Shown here: piece by piece, positions 51,923 to 64,000 of the stretch
Numbering within the stretch: the first letter of the stretch is position 1
Layout of the letters: each line of letters starts with the position of its first letter
Source: Dictyostelium discoideum
Lineage: Eukaryota
Reading direction: 5' to 3'
Length of the DNA: 64,000 nucleotides
Assembly (NCBI GenBank): GCA_000004695.1
Contig: CM000155.2
Coordinates: forward strand, 192,001 to 256,000
Made by a program: the position numbers and the translations under genes
Notes under the pieces: generated by a model
Told to the model about the DNA's origin: nothing
What the model saw: the letters and a program-made list of their open reading frames with translations, nothing else
The model's database searches: none

Positions 51923-54409
51923 GATGAAAATCAAGATGAAATGGTTCCACAAAAGAAAACACCATTTATTAAAAGAGTATCAAATAGAGAGTCAGGATTA
52001 TTTGATACACCATCAGTTGTACCAATGTCTGAAAAAATTGAAACAACACCATCAAAGATTGCAAGAGTATCGGAACCAACATCTCAATCGAGTAGAATGA
52101 GTAACAACGCATTAAAGTTTTCAACATTTAATCCACAACAACAACAACTACAATCATCAAGATTTAAATCTACTGGTTTATCAATCCTTTCAAATCCAGT
52201 TAAAAATTTGATTCAATCAGATGTTAACAATGAACAATCAATGTTTTCCAATACCACCACTACCAGTACCACTAGAATTCAACCATTACCATCACAACAA
52301 CACTTAGTACAACCAATACCGACTACAATTTCATTAAATAAAAATTATTTTTCAAAGGTTAGAATTGATCCACAAGTTTATGATCGTATTGTACCAAAAG
52401 AAGAATCAATTACCAATCAATATAGAATGAAAAATGAACGTTTAAATCATAGTACTCAAGATGTATCATTATTTATGAGAAGATCATTTAGAGTTGGTTG
52501 GGCACCTGGTGGTAAATTAATTTCAATCACAAAGAGCTCCTTTAAGAATTTATTGATTAAAAAGTTACCAACCGATACAAAGGAGGATAAAAAAGAATCA
52601 ATCATCAAATTCTTAAAGAATCATCATTCACATAGCAGTTTAGTACCAGAGAATTTGAAATCAATTGGTTGGTTCTCAATTTCAAATGTTCAAGAACAAA
52701 TTGAATCACAATTAACCCTAAATGTTCCATCAAGTCAATCGGTTTACTATAATAGAATTTGGAGTTTAATTTCAAATCTTTGGGGTAACGTTTTAAAAGG
52801 CAATGGTAGTAAATATATAAACACCAACTACTCTGAAGATACCATTAGAAAGTTAAATCTCAATCAATGGTTAAAGGATGTCATTGCTCCATTGCTTAGA
52901 GATGAAATGGATTCTCTTAGAAAAAAGACAAATTCAAATTATCTCGAACAAATTTTCTCTTATTTATCTGCTAAACAAATTAAAGAAGCCTCTGATTTAG
53001 CAAATGAAAATAAAGATTTTAGATTGGCAACTATGATGTCTCAAATTTGGTCTTCAAGTGAATCTGGTAAAGAGTTGATTTTAAAGCAATTAACAACCTA
53101 TCATTCAAATGGTTCCGATGAATTTATAAATGAGAAAAGATTAGAAATTTTACATTTAATTGCTGGTAGTGTTAATAAGATTTATAAGAATCTAAATGAT
53201 TGGATTAGATGTTTTGCTGTTAGTTTTTGGTTTAAATATTCTTTGGAATATAGTATTGAAGATTCAGTTGAAAATTTTGAAAGATCTTTCAATGCTCATA
53301 GATCAGTTTATCCATTACCACCTTATTTAATTAAATCAACCTCCACCAATAGTAAACAAATTGAAGAACAACAACATTATTATGATATTTGTTTCTTATT
53401 ATTAAAGTTATTTGCTGTAAATCGTGGTTCATCACATTTTGATAAGTTTAAGAATATTTTTTATCCAGAGAATATTGGTCAAGATTTATTGGATTATCAT
53501 TTATCTTGGAATTTATATACCGTTTTAAAATCAATTCCATCATTAAACAAACAACCAGATCTTGTAAATGCAAGTAACCTTCATAGTTCTTTTGCTTTAC
53601 AACTTGAAAGATTAGGTCTATGGCAATGGTCAATCTATGTTTTACTTCATACTCCAGACCAATCCAATCATGTTAGAGAAGAAGCTGTCAAATCATTGAT
53701 CGCTAGAGCTGCACCAGTTATTACATCAGAAGATAGAGTGTTCCTAACTACAAAATTACATATTCCAGAGATTTGGATCGATGAAGCTAAAGCATGGTAC
53801 TCTGGTTACGATTGTAATAATGATATTTATGATCAAATCGATGCTCTCTTCAAGTCATACCAATACACAAAGATTCACGATATCATTTTCTCAAATATTG
53901 GTCCAAACTATATCATTCAAAAGAGATATCATTCACTCAAAGATTTACTCATTAGATTGGAGCCTCACTCTTCTTTTATCTCCACTTGGAGATATGGTGG
54001 TTCCATCTTTTTAGAATTTGCCGATATTTGTATTCAATACAAAGAGATACTTTCTCAACTCTCCAATACTGCAGAGGAAATTCAACGTACCAAATATTAT
54101 GTTAACCTTAAAGATATTACCACTAGAATCGTTAATATCTTATCTGATATTTCAAAAATCACTCAATCCTCTGAAATTAAAAATACTAGCGCCTCATACA
54201 AACAATCTCTTTCATTTATGTCTGAAGCTCTCATCACTAAAGCTTCTCTTTTAAGAGATCTACCTGAAAGTATTGTAAAATTGGTTTCAACAAATAATTT
54301 AGTTTCAACTTTAAATTCTTTGCCATTAACTCAAGATTATAGATCTAAAAATTTAGAATCTTTAACTGATCAAATTCAAGATACTTTATTAAATTCAATT
54401 TATCAATAA
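47658..54409 (+). CDS. Nucleoporin Nup98-Nup96 precursor (FG/GLFG repeats, GLEBS motif, autoproteolytic domain with HF|SKY site, then Nup96): join(47658..47775,47868..51491,51923..54409), with a +1 frameshift at 48965..48984
   Basis: Exon 1 reads MFGGQFGSFGAKPAATASPFGAPSAAPTTSLFGSTAPSS(G) and ends at a GTAAGT donor. Exon 2 holds FG/GLFG repeats, the GLEBS-like SISAMPQYNDRSFEELRFEDI (versus human CITAMKEYESKSLEELRLEDY), then the Nup98 autoproteolytic domain ...GFTISRDGCGSIYFPGSTNLVALDLDDIVDI...GTWVFTVKHFSKY with HF|SKY at 51303..51317. Donor GGT|GTAAGT at 51491/51492. After a t(n)ag acceptor, exon 3 reads DENQDEMVPQKK...SFRVGWAPGG...DLANENKDFRLATMMSQIWSS...DLLDYHLSWNLYTVLKS and aligns to human Nup96. 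The exon-2 frame is broken by a perfect tandem copy of gcatcagcac, which is why the track shows two overlapping ORFs (48497..49042 and 48579..51515). Confidence 0.85.
51662..51737. repeat. (ATA)n microsatellite in the Nup98-96 intron, flanked by a long poly-T
   Basis: The sequence reads ataataataata... directly. Confidence 0.85.
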
Positions 54410-54725
54410 AAAAAAAAATAAATAAATAAAAATTAAAATTAATTTTAAAAAAAAAAAAAAAAATTAATCAAATTTAAGTTATTATAAATTAAAGTCTTTT
54501 TTTTAAACTATAAAATAATTAATAATATTATTAATTTTTTTTTTTTCTTATAATTAATAGTATTATTAATTTTTAATAGAATAAAAAAAAAAGTAAAATA
54601 AACAAATTCAAAGATTTTTTTTTTTTTTATAAAATATATAGATTTATTTAAAAAAATTTTAAATTAAATTTAAAAAACATAAAATATATTTTGTAATGGA
54701 ATTGAAATTTAAAATTTCAAACTAT

Positions 54726-56655
54726 CTAATGGAAGAAAGCTAAGATGAAGAGTGAAAGGATAGCAACTACCAATTTAGACATTTCAATACTTGAAGCACT
54801 ATTACCTGCAGCTGGAGTTTCAGTAACATTAACAACTGGGATAGCTGGGATACAACCTGGTGGACAAGTGGCTGGTGGAGCAGTTGGTTGTTCAGTTGGT
54901 GGTGAAGTTTCTGGGAGATCTATTTGAAAAAAAAAAAAAAAAAAAGGATTAGTATGAAAAAAAAAAAAAATTTAGTAATAAAGTATTTGATTATAACTCC
55001 ACCTTTCGATGAAGAGGATGAGAGTTTGTTATTTTGTGAAGAAGATGAGGGAGATGAAGAAGATGATGGAGATGAAGAAGATGAAGAAGATGATGGAGAT
55101 GAAGAAGATGATGAAGAGATAGAAGTAGAAGATAAAGAAGAAATATTATTTAAAATTGGTTGTGAAGATGATATTGGTTTTATAGAAGTAATATTTGATT
55201 GTTGAATATAGGTTAAAGTATAATTATTTGTTGTGAAATTTTGAGTTATATTTAAAGAAGAAAGTGTATTGATGATTGTTGTAAAATTTTTTGGTGAAGA
55301 AATTGTAAAATTTAAAGTAAACATACTTGTTGATGGATTAGTTTCACAGACAGTATCGACATTGATATCAAAGAATGGATTTGTAAGAGCAGCATCAACA
55401 TAATTTAACCAGACAGAGAGACCAAAGTTACCATTTTTACCATTAGCACCTTTACCCCATTGGAGATACATATTATCTTGATCACCTGTAATTGTAACGA
55501 CAGTACCATCATTTCTAGTACATGATGAACCTGAAACATTAACGGTATAGTAAGCCCAAGTATTTGGATCAATTGAACCACCACCAGAAACGTAAGCAGA
55601 GTTCATTAATTCTAATTTTGGTTGGTAATTAGCAGATGGAAGGGCTGGGCTAAATCTTAAGTCACAGTTTACAGTGATTGATGAATCTGAAATTGAAGTG
55701 AAACCAGCACCAAGACGAAGGTTACCATTGGTTTGATCAATTGAAATGGTGTTGACAGTTCCTGAGGAGGTATCAAATCTTTGTTGATTACCGAAAACTG
55801 TTGAAACTTGATCGACGTAAAGAGCTTGATCGTTTTGTTGATCGGTTAAAGATTTATCAATTGAAGCTTTGGAGATTGTGTAGGTATTGGATACACAATC
55901 GAATGTTGAACTACAACCAAGATTGATGTTAATATCAACGACTTCCATTTCACCATTACCAGATTGAATACTTACTGAACCATCGGTAGCTTTGAATTGG
56001 AACCAACCAGAAGCACCATTTTGAAGATTTTTACCATTGGCACCAACACCAACTTGGAGAGCAGTATTTGGATTTTCAGACATTGTAACAACGGTATTTG
56101 GATTTGTTAAACTAACCATTTTAGTATTATCTGGAAGAATTTGATAGAAAGACCATGTACTTGGGTCAACTGTACCACCATTGGATGTATATGCACCAGC
56201 TTGTAACTCTCTCTTGACATCACTTGGAGTAGTAGTTCTAACGAAAGCAGCACGTAAACTAAATTTATCAGTGAGTGATGAATTGGCTGGTGTCAATGTA
56301 CCAGTTAAAACTAAATTATCCCCACCATTGCTTTGAACAACACCATTTGAAACGAAATTATAATTGTTGGCAATTTGAATTTGATTACCTAAATTATTAT
56401 TAAAGGTTAATGCATCACCACCAGTGGTTGGACCAAAAGTTGAATCAAGTTGTGCTGAACTTGCATCTATTTAAAATAATAAATAAAAAAAAAAAATAAA
56501 AAATAAAAAAAATTTTAATATATTTATTTTTTTTTTTATTTATTTATTATTATTAATTTTATATTATATTTTTAAAACTTACCATTAACTGTACACTGTG
56601 AATATGCTGATCCTGCTACAGTAAGAGCAACTAATAATACGGAAAGAACTCTCAT
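54726..56655 (-). CDS. Secreted Ser-rich GPI-anchored surface protein with two tandem homologous beta-rich domains: complement(join(54726..54919,55003..56466,56583..56655))
   Basis: Exon 1 is a signal peptide, MRVLSVLLVALTVAGSAYSQCTVN(G), ending at a GTAAGT donor. Exon 2 follows a tttaaatag acceptor: DASSAQLDSTFGPTTGG... with duplicated blocks AYTSNGGTVDPSTWSFYQI...LQVGVGANGKNLQNGASGWFQF and AYVSGGGSIDPNTWAYYTV...LQWGKGANGKNGNFGLSVWLNY, then poly-Ser. The apparent tail ...[17 protein letters not shown] is poly-A/T read-through. A phase-1 donor AAAG|GTGGAG lies at 55003, and the caaatag acceptor gives exon 3 (D)LPETSPPTEQPTAPPATCPPGCIPAIPVVNVTETPAAGNSASSIEMSKLVVAILSLFILAFFH*, a Pro/Thr stalk plus GPI-type hydrophobic signal. 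Exon 3 is in frame only with that donor. Confidence 0.6.
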
Positions 56656-57352
56656 ATTAAAAAATATATGTATATTATAATTGTGATAATTAAATTAAAC
56701 TATAATATAAATTTGAATTGATTTTTTTTTTTTTAAAATTATTTGTATATATAAATAAATAAATAAATAAATAAATTAAATATGTTTTTTTTTTTTTTTG
56801 TTTTTGTTTTTTTGTTTTTGTTTTGAATGATTAAAAAAAAAAAAAATTGTTTCTATTTATTCTTTTTTTTTTTTTTACCTCCTTTTTTTTTAATATTTTT
56901 TTATTAATTTTATATTTTATTAAAAAAAAGTTTTAAAAATTCCAATCATGGTAATTAAAAAATAAACTAAATTTGGAAAATAAATTTGAATAGAAAATAA
57001 TATTAATTATTCAAAAACACACCCCCAAAAAAAAAAATTTTTACTAAATTAAAAAAACTTTGCATATGAAGTGTTATTTTTTTTTTCTTTTTAAAGAAAA
57101 AAATTATAGGTTAAATTAGGTTTTGTGTGAATTTGGCATTTTTACTAATTTTATTATTTTTTTATTTTATTTTTTTATTTTAAATTCACTTTGAATATAT
57201 CCTAATTTGCAAATTTAATAAAAATATCACCAAACCACCAAAAATTAAAATAAAATTTATTTTATTTTAATTTTTTTTTATTTTTTTTTTTATTTTTTTC
57301 TTATAAAAAAGAAATGTGGTGTGTTTATTAAATCTTTTAAATATTTACTAAA

Positions 57353-57400
<48 letters not shown>

Positions 57401-57852
57401 TTTTTAAAAAAAAAAATAAAGAAAAAAAAAAAAAAAAATTTCCATAATTAAAATTTTAAAATGATTTAGTTTTATTATTTATTCATTTATTTAATTGTGA
57501 ACTACAATTAAAAAAAAAAAAAAAAAACTATTATTATTATTTTTTTATTTTTAAAAAAAATGAAATTTCAAAGTGACTGTCTACTCTTTTGTTTTGGGTT
57601 TTAAATCCCGAGATTTTTTTTTTTTTTTTTTTTTTTAAAATTAATTTTTTTACTGTTATTTTCCAAATTTTATTTTTATTTTATTTTATTTTATTTTTTT
57701 AAATTTTTTTTTTTTTTTTGATCAAAAACAATACTCTTTTTTTTTTTTTTGCAGTTTTTTTTTTTTTTTTTTTTTTTACATTTATTTTTAAAACCCATTT
57801 ATATATATTTTTTTTTTTTTTTTTTTATTATTTTTTTTAATTTGAAATTAAA

Positions 57853-58361
57853 ATGATTAAAAACAGAATGTGGAATAAAATTTCCATTATTTTAATTGTT
57901 TTAATATTATGTTTAATTGGAGTCGAATCAATTAGAATGGATAGACAACATCCAATAAAAAGTGCACCACCTGAAGCACCTTTTTCAATGGAAACTGCTT
58001 TCCAATTACTCATGGTAATATTTTTTAATATTTAAAAAAAAAAAAAAATAATTTTTTTTATGATTTTATAATTCCCAAAATTCCCAAATTGAATAATTAA
58101 ATAATTAATAATTAATAATTAATAATTAATAATTAATAAAATATTCAGTATTCATATTCAACTTATTGTGAACCAGATCAAATTACAAATTGGAATTGCC
58201 CATATTGTGCCTATAATAGTAGTGTTGTACCATTATCAATGGTTCAATTGATTGATCATGATCCAACCCAAACTTTTGGTTATATAGGTGTAACAGCTGA
58301 TAAAGAATCAAGTATGTACATACTAAATTATTATTATTATTTATTATTTATTATTTATAAT

Positions 58362-58452
<91 letters not shown>

Positions 58453-59072
58453 TATTAAAAATGAAATAAATTTTAGTTGTAATTTCATTTAGAGGAACAA
58501 ATATGGAATCATTAGAAAATTGGATTACAAATTTAAATTTTGCAAAAACCGAACCATATCCAGCATTTCCAGGTGCATTGGTACATGCAGGATTTAATAG
58601 AGCCTATCAATCAGTTAGACCAATTGTACATCAATTATTGAATTCAACTTTTGAAGCATGTCCAACTTGTAATAAATTAATTATGACAGGTCACTCGTTA
58701 GGTGGTGCCCTTAGTGTATTATCAGCATTGGATATTTATGAAAGTTCATTGACAACAATGCCATTGATTTTATATACTTATGGTTCACCAAGAATTGGTG
58801 ATGTTGCTTTCGTTGAATACTTTGAATCTACTATCATGCAAAATTACATTAGAATCGTGAATGACCATGATTTAGTACCACATTTACCTGCTATGGCTTG
58901 GAATTTTTATCATTTACCACAAGAGATTTGGTTCAATAATAAATCTGATGTCACTCAACATGTTGTTTGTAATGAATCTGGTGAAGATGAAAATTGTTCT
59001 GATTCAATTAAAATTGCATTAAATATTCCAGAACATCTTGAATATTTTGGTATAAACAAAAATCAATGTTAA
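57853..59072 (+). CDS. Secreted triacylglycerol lipase, class 3 (Rhizomucor/Thermomyces-type Lipase_3): join(57853..58014,58149..58311,58477..59072)
   Basis: Exon 1 is a signal peptide, MIKNRMWNKISIILIVLILCLIGVES..., ending at donor ATG|GTAATA. Exon 2 follows an attcag acceptor: YSYSTYCEPDQITNWNCPYCA...TFGYIGVTADKES, ending at donor A|GTATGT. Exon 3 follows a ttttag acceptor: (I)VISFRGTNMESLENW...VHAGFNRAY...IMTGHSLGGALSVLSALDIY...YGSPRIGDVAFVEY...NDHDLVPHLP. It aligns along its length to Rhizomucor miehei lipase (VFRGTNS...VTGHSLGGA...GGPRVGN...HKRDIVPHVP). The catalytic Ser is in GHSLGG (around 58691..58711). A (TTTA)n microsatellite lies in intron 2. Confidence 0.85.
58329..58455. repeat. 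(TTTA)n tetranucleotide microsatellite, about 30 units, in lipase intron 2
   Basis: The sequence reads tatttatttatttattta... directly. Confidence 0.9.
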
Positions 59073-60156
59073 AAAAAAAAAAAAAAGAAAAAAAAAAAAA
59101 TTACCTATAATTATAACCGAATAAATATTATTTTTTATTATTTTTATTTTTATTTTTATTTTTATTTTTTCCAATGAAAATAATTCCCACACACTCATTT
59201 TTTTTTTTTTTTATTTTTTTTTTTTTTCACATTAACTAAACAAGATTTGTTTTTTTTTAAACGAGGGCCTATTGAATAATAAAAAATTTAAAAAAATAAA
59301 AAAAAAAAAAGATTAATTTTTTATGGTAATTTTTTGGTTTACTAATAAACACGCAATATATAAAAAAAAAAAAATAAAAAAAAATAAAAAAAAAATAAAA
59401 AAAAAAAAAAAAATAAAAATAAAAAAAAAAAAAATAAAATAAAAAAATAGTTTTTGCGAAACTATTTTTCTTTTAATTAAATAAATTATTTTATCACTAT
59501 TATTGCGTGTGCTTGTCGAATAAAATTTTATTTTTTATTTTAATTTTTTATTTTATTTTAAACTACCACCCATGTTTTTTTTTTTTTAATTTTAATTATT
59601 TTTTTTATTTTTTTATTAATTTAACTTCCATTCTTAATATACATAATTTGACAGCTTTGCATAAAATAACAAATCAATTTATATGAAATTATTTCATGAA
59701 AAATTATAACCTCCCAAATTTATAAAAAAAAAAAAAAAAACTTATAAAATCTCTGTAGTTTTTTTTTTTATTTATTTATTTATTTATTTATTTAAATTTA
59801 TATTTTTTTTTTTAAAAAAAAAAAAAAAAAATAAAAAACAATAAAAACCATTTAAATACATTTAAAAAAAAAAAAAAAAAAACTTTTTATTTATTTTTGA
59901 AGTTAATCTAATTTATCTTTTATTTTTAAAAACATAATTTGTAATATTACATTAATTCTATTATTTATTTTATTTAATTATTTATTATTTAACATAAAAA
60001 AAAAAAAATAATAATAATAATAAAAATAATAATAATAAAAACAATAAAATTATTTAATAAAAATAATAATAATAATAATAAAATAATAATAATAGTATTA
60101 AATGTTCATTATTAATATAAAATTCAAATCATAAAAACACATTATAATTTAAAACA

Positions 60157-60508
60157 ATGCCTTTAAAAATTTTTAATAAAAAAGGTGGTAATAATCAATA
60201 CACAGTTAAATTAAAAATTGATTTAATTTCAAATGTATCCTATGCATATCCAAAAGATACAGAATTTGAAATTGAATGGAAACGTGGTGTACATAGAGGT
60301 GTTTTACCAAATGTGTATATGCAGAGCGATGGCGATATTAAACCATCAACTCAGTTTTTAATACCATGTCAATTTTTAAAACAAAAATCAGATCAAGGTG
60401 GTGAAGAATTTGCTCCAAAAAGTTTAATTGTTAATTTAAGAAAAGTAAATATAAAAAAAAAAAAAAAATATCAACATTAATTAAAAAATAAAAAAATTAA
60501 ATGTATTA

Positions 60509-60547
<39 letters not shown>

Positions 60548-60702
60548 AGGTTGAATCAAAAAAGAAAACAACTAAAATTGCAACTCTTCAAATTGATTTA
60601 TCGCATATGGCAAATAAACTAGAATCAGATAAAGAAAAACAATATTCATCAACAATGAAAGGAATAATTGATCAAGAATTTAAACCATATGTAAGTATAC
60701 TA

Positions 60703-60740
<38 letters not shown>

Positions 60741-61891
60741 TTAAAAATTATTTTTTTTCTATATAAATTTAAAAACATATTAATTCCAGAATTTTTTTTT
60801 TTTTATATAAAATTAGATTGAATTTACTACTTCAGTTTATAAAGGATTATTAAGTCCAGAAGATTTCAATGACAAAAGTGTTTTTATTGCGCCAATTAAT
60901 GTTTCACCACCAATTGATGATACTTCAATTAGTCATTCATTATATTCTGATGGTAGAAGAAATTCTGTCTCAAGTGTTTCAAGTGAACTTTCAGAGTATT
61001 CAAATATTCAAGAAACGTCCTCGTCCATTGGTTTTGGTAATAATAATAATGGTAATAAAAAAGATCATAAAAGAAGTAATAGTAATGGTAGTAATAACAG
61101 TAGAGGAAGTAATAGTAGTAAAGGTAGTAATGGTAGTAATGGTATTAATGGTGGAAATCAAAAAAAGATATCACCCACTTCTCGTCACCAAAGGTCAACA
61201 AGTGATCCATTTGAATTTAATTTTGAATCAACTACACCAGTTACATTTTCAAGGAAAAGTTTAAGAAATTCTACGACACTAGACGACGATCCATTAAATA
61301 GCCCATCCGATCAACCAATCTTTTCATCAGATGAAGAAGTTAAAGAAAGTAATAATCTAAATAACAATAATATTTCACCAACAAATTATTCAAATCGCTC
61401 AATATCACCAACAAATTCAACTCAATCATTAGAAACATTTGATAAAGATATTGAAAATCAACCAACATTAGCAGAAACACCAACAAAGAGTAAAAAGAAA
61501 ATGTTTTCATTCTCTAGTAAAAAGAAATCAAAAGCTTCACCTGAAAGCAATCAAAGAAAAAATAGTAAACCTGAAAATTTAAATGTTTCAAAGATTAAAG
61601 GTGATGAAATTAGTACTGAAGAATTCTCATCTGGTAGCGAAAGTGGTGGTTCACCAAAACCTGGTAAATGGAAAAGAAGACATTCAACACCAAATGTTGG
61701 TTTCTTTTCAATTAAATCATTCAAAGATAAAGAAAAACAAAAAGAAAAAGAAAAGGAAAAAGAAAAAGAAAAAAAACTTCAATCAGATTTTTATAATACA
61801 AATCAAACACTTGATAATTTAACAATTAATGAAACTAATGAAAATGAATTTGAAGGTCACCATAATGGTCTTGATAATAATAATAATAGTA

Positions 61892-61927
<36 letters not shown>

Positions 61928-63413
61928 GTAGTATGAATAATGAAAATTCAAGTAAAAATAATAAAAAATCAAAGAATAAAAAGCAATCATTTGATTCAAA
62001 TTCATCAACATCACCAACAAATAAACAAGAAAAATCAAAAGATAGAAAGAATTCAAAAGAAAAGAATTTTATAAATAAATTAACGACTTCATTAAATCCA
62101 AATAGTAGTAATAATAATAATAATAATAACAATATTAATAATAGTAATGGTAGTGATTCTAAAGATACATTACAATCATCATTGGTTACAAGACATTTAG
62201 ATGAAAAATTAAAATTCTTAATAGATGATATGATTGTTTCCAAAAGACCAGAATATGTTGGCAACATTCCAATCTCTGCAATTGCAATTTATAAATGTAT
62301 TTTCGAATGGAAAGAATTATCACCAAATAATAATAAATGTTTAACAGAAATGATTGAAACATTTGATTTAATGATAAAGAAAAAGAATATTGGTAAAGAA
62401 AAGTCATTCTATTGGTTATCAAATTCATTTACATTAGGTTTCCTACTTGAGAAATCATATGAAAACCAAAAAATATCACGTTCAGAATTTAACACATCTC
62501 CAAGTATTAATTTCTCTCATAATACTGAAAGCCAAAATCTAAAACTATTGATCAATATAGTTCAAGGATATCAAAGATCATTTTGGTCATTATATTGGGA
62601 TAGTGTTAAATTGGAACTATCAAAGGTAATGGATAGATTAACTGAACAATTAAGAGTAAAGGAATTTGAAACCACACCAATCTTTTTAAATTTCCTTTTA
62701 TCAACTTTAGAATTTTTAGAGAAAAGGTTACCATTTCAATCAGTTTGGCCAAATATTTTTAAACAAATCTTTTTCTATGTCTCTGGTTATTTAGTTAATA
62801 AATTTTTAACTGATAATTCTTTAGCAACTACAAACAATGCTGTAAATACAAAATTATTCATTTCATCTTTATCTCAATGGTTTCAAGAGAATAAAGAATT
62901 AAATTATTTTTATTATTTTAAGTAATGTATTAAAAAAAAATAATAATAATTATAATAATAATAATAATTATAATAATAATAATAATTTACTAATTTATTA
63001 ATAATTTTTTTTTTTTAAAAAAAAAAAAAAATGGAAATAGAATGGAAATGAGCACACTTGTTCAAATATTAGATGTATTGGTAATTGATAAAGATTCATT
63101 AAAAGATGAATTAGTCAGAAAAGAGATTTGCCCATCATTAACAACTACACAATTAGCAATTGTTTTATGTAGATTTAATCCAGAAAATTCATCAGAAGAA
63201 GTTGATCCAGCAGTAATAAAATATTTACAAGACGAAGGAATCAGAAAACATGACATTCAAAATATTACAACCAATTTAGATAAAATCTATGAATTACCTG
63301 ATAAACCAGAACCTTCAAGAAGTATCATTGATACAAAGATACCATTAAATATATTCCCTCAATCAAATCAAAAACTCTTTAAATTTTTAACAAAACCAAC
63401 TACAATTTATTAA
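60157..63413 (+). CDS. NT-C2 (EEIG1/EHBP1-type N-terminal C2) domain protein with C-terminal DIL (dilute/myosin-V cargo-binding-like) domain, about 970 aa: join(60157..60444,60551..60691,60817..62921,63041..63413)
   Basis: Exon 1 reads MPLKIFNKKGGNNQYTVKLKIDLISNVSYAYPKDTEFEIEWKRGVHRGVL...LIVNLRK and ends at a GTAAAT donor. Exon 2 follows an aattag acceptor: VESKKKTTKIATLQIDLSHMANKLESDKEKQY...EFKPY, ending at GTAAGT. Exon 3 follows an aattag acceptor: IEFTTSVYKGLLSPEDF..., a Ser/Asn-rich linker, then FYWLSNSFTLGFLLEKSY and ...FKQIFFYVSGYLVNKFLTDNSL...SQWFQENKE. These match the myosin-V DIL motifs FLWLSNTCRLLHCLKQYS and [21 protein letters not shown]...SQLEEWLRDKNL. Donor AA|GTAATG at 62921. 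Exon 4 follows an aaatag acceptor: (K)MEMSTLVQILDVLVIDKDSLKDELVRKEICPSLTTTQLAIVLCRFNPENSSEEVDPAVIKYLQ. Confidence 0.7.
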
Positions 63414-63521
63414 AAATAAATAAATAAATAAAATACCAGGGATTTTTGGTTATTATTGAAAAAATAAAAAGTTAAAATAAATAAAATTTTATTTATCTTT
63501 ATCTGATTGTTCTAATGTTGC

Positions 63522-64000
<479 letters not shown>

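Noticed and set aside
54745-55205. Plus-strand ORFs 54745..54927 (Gly/Ala-rich) and 54924..55205 (poly-E/D)
   Set aside because: These are exact antisense artefacts of the minus-strand GPI-signal exon and of the poly-Ser region of the surface protein gene.

Overview
The window is AT-rich (roughly 20-25% GC) eukaryotic nuclear DNA with the hallmarks of Dictyostelium discoideum or a close dictyostelid. There are long poly-A/T tracts, coding CAA/AAT triplet runs that give poly-Q/N proteins, and short AT-rich introns with GTAAGT/GTATGT donors and (t)nAG acceptors. It is not prokaryotic, so no operons, CRISPR arrays or defence islands are expected, and none were seen. I re-derived 16 protein-coding genes by hand on both strands; most are split by short introns that the six-frame ORF track cannot join. 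In window order they are: a type II PI4-kinase (-); a bZIP transcription factor (+); a small four-exon multi-TM membrane protein (-); chaperonin CCT eta with a 5-codon first exon (+); acireductone dioxygenase (-, 3 exons); a 2546-aa FHA-domain formin with FH1 and FH2 (+, 2 exons), probably forJ; ATR/Mec1 checkpoint kinase (-, 5 exons, about 3156 aa); a secreted GPI-anchored blue-copper (cupredoxin) protein (-, 3 exons); a CorA/Mrs2-type Mg2+ channel (+, 2 exons); a TIA1/PUB1-like RRM protein (+, 3 exons, possibly a 4th); an N/Q-rich protein with KTP and SPHMPH tandem repeats (+); the Nup98-Nup96 nucleoporin precursor (+, 3 exons) carrying a perfect 10-bp tandem duplication that frameshifts the FG-repeat exon; a secreted Ser-rich GPI-anchored protein with an internally duplicated domain (-, 3 exons); a secreted class-3 lipase (+, 3 exons); an NT-C2 plus DIL (dilute) domain protein (+, 4 exons); and a partial acidic/poly-Q C-terminus at the right edge (-). 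Several introns carry long pure microsatellites. A roughly 4.9-kb stretch (38.9-43.5 kb) has no convincing ORF but contains G/T-rich islands, a poly-G tract and a cluster of broken short ORFs. No tRNA, rRNA or recognisable transposon was found. All coordinates were derived by hand from the printed sequence and may be off by 1-3 nt.
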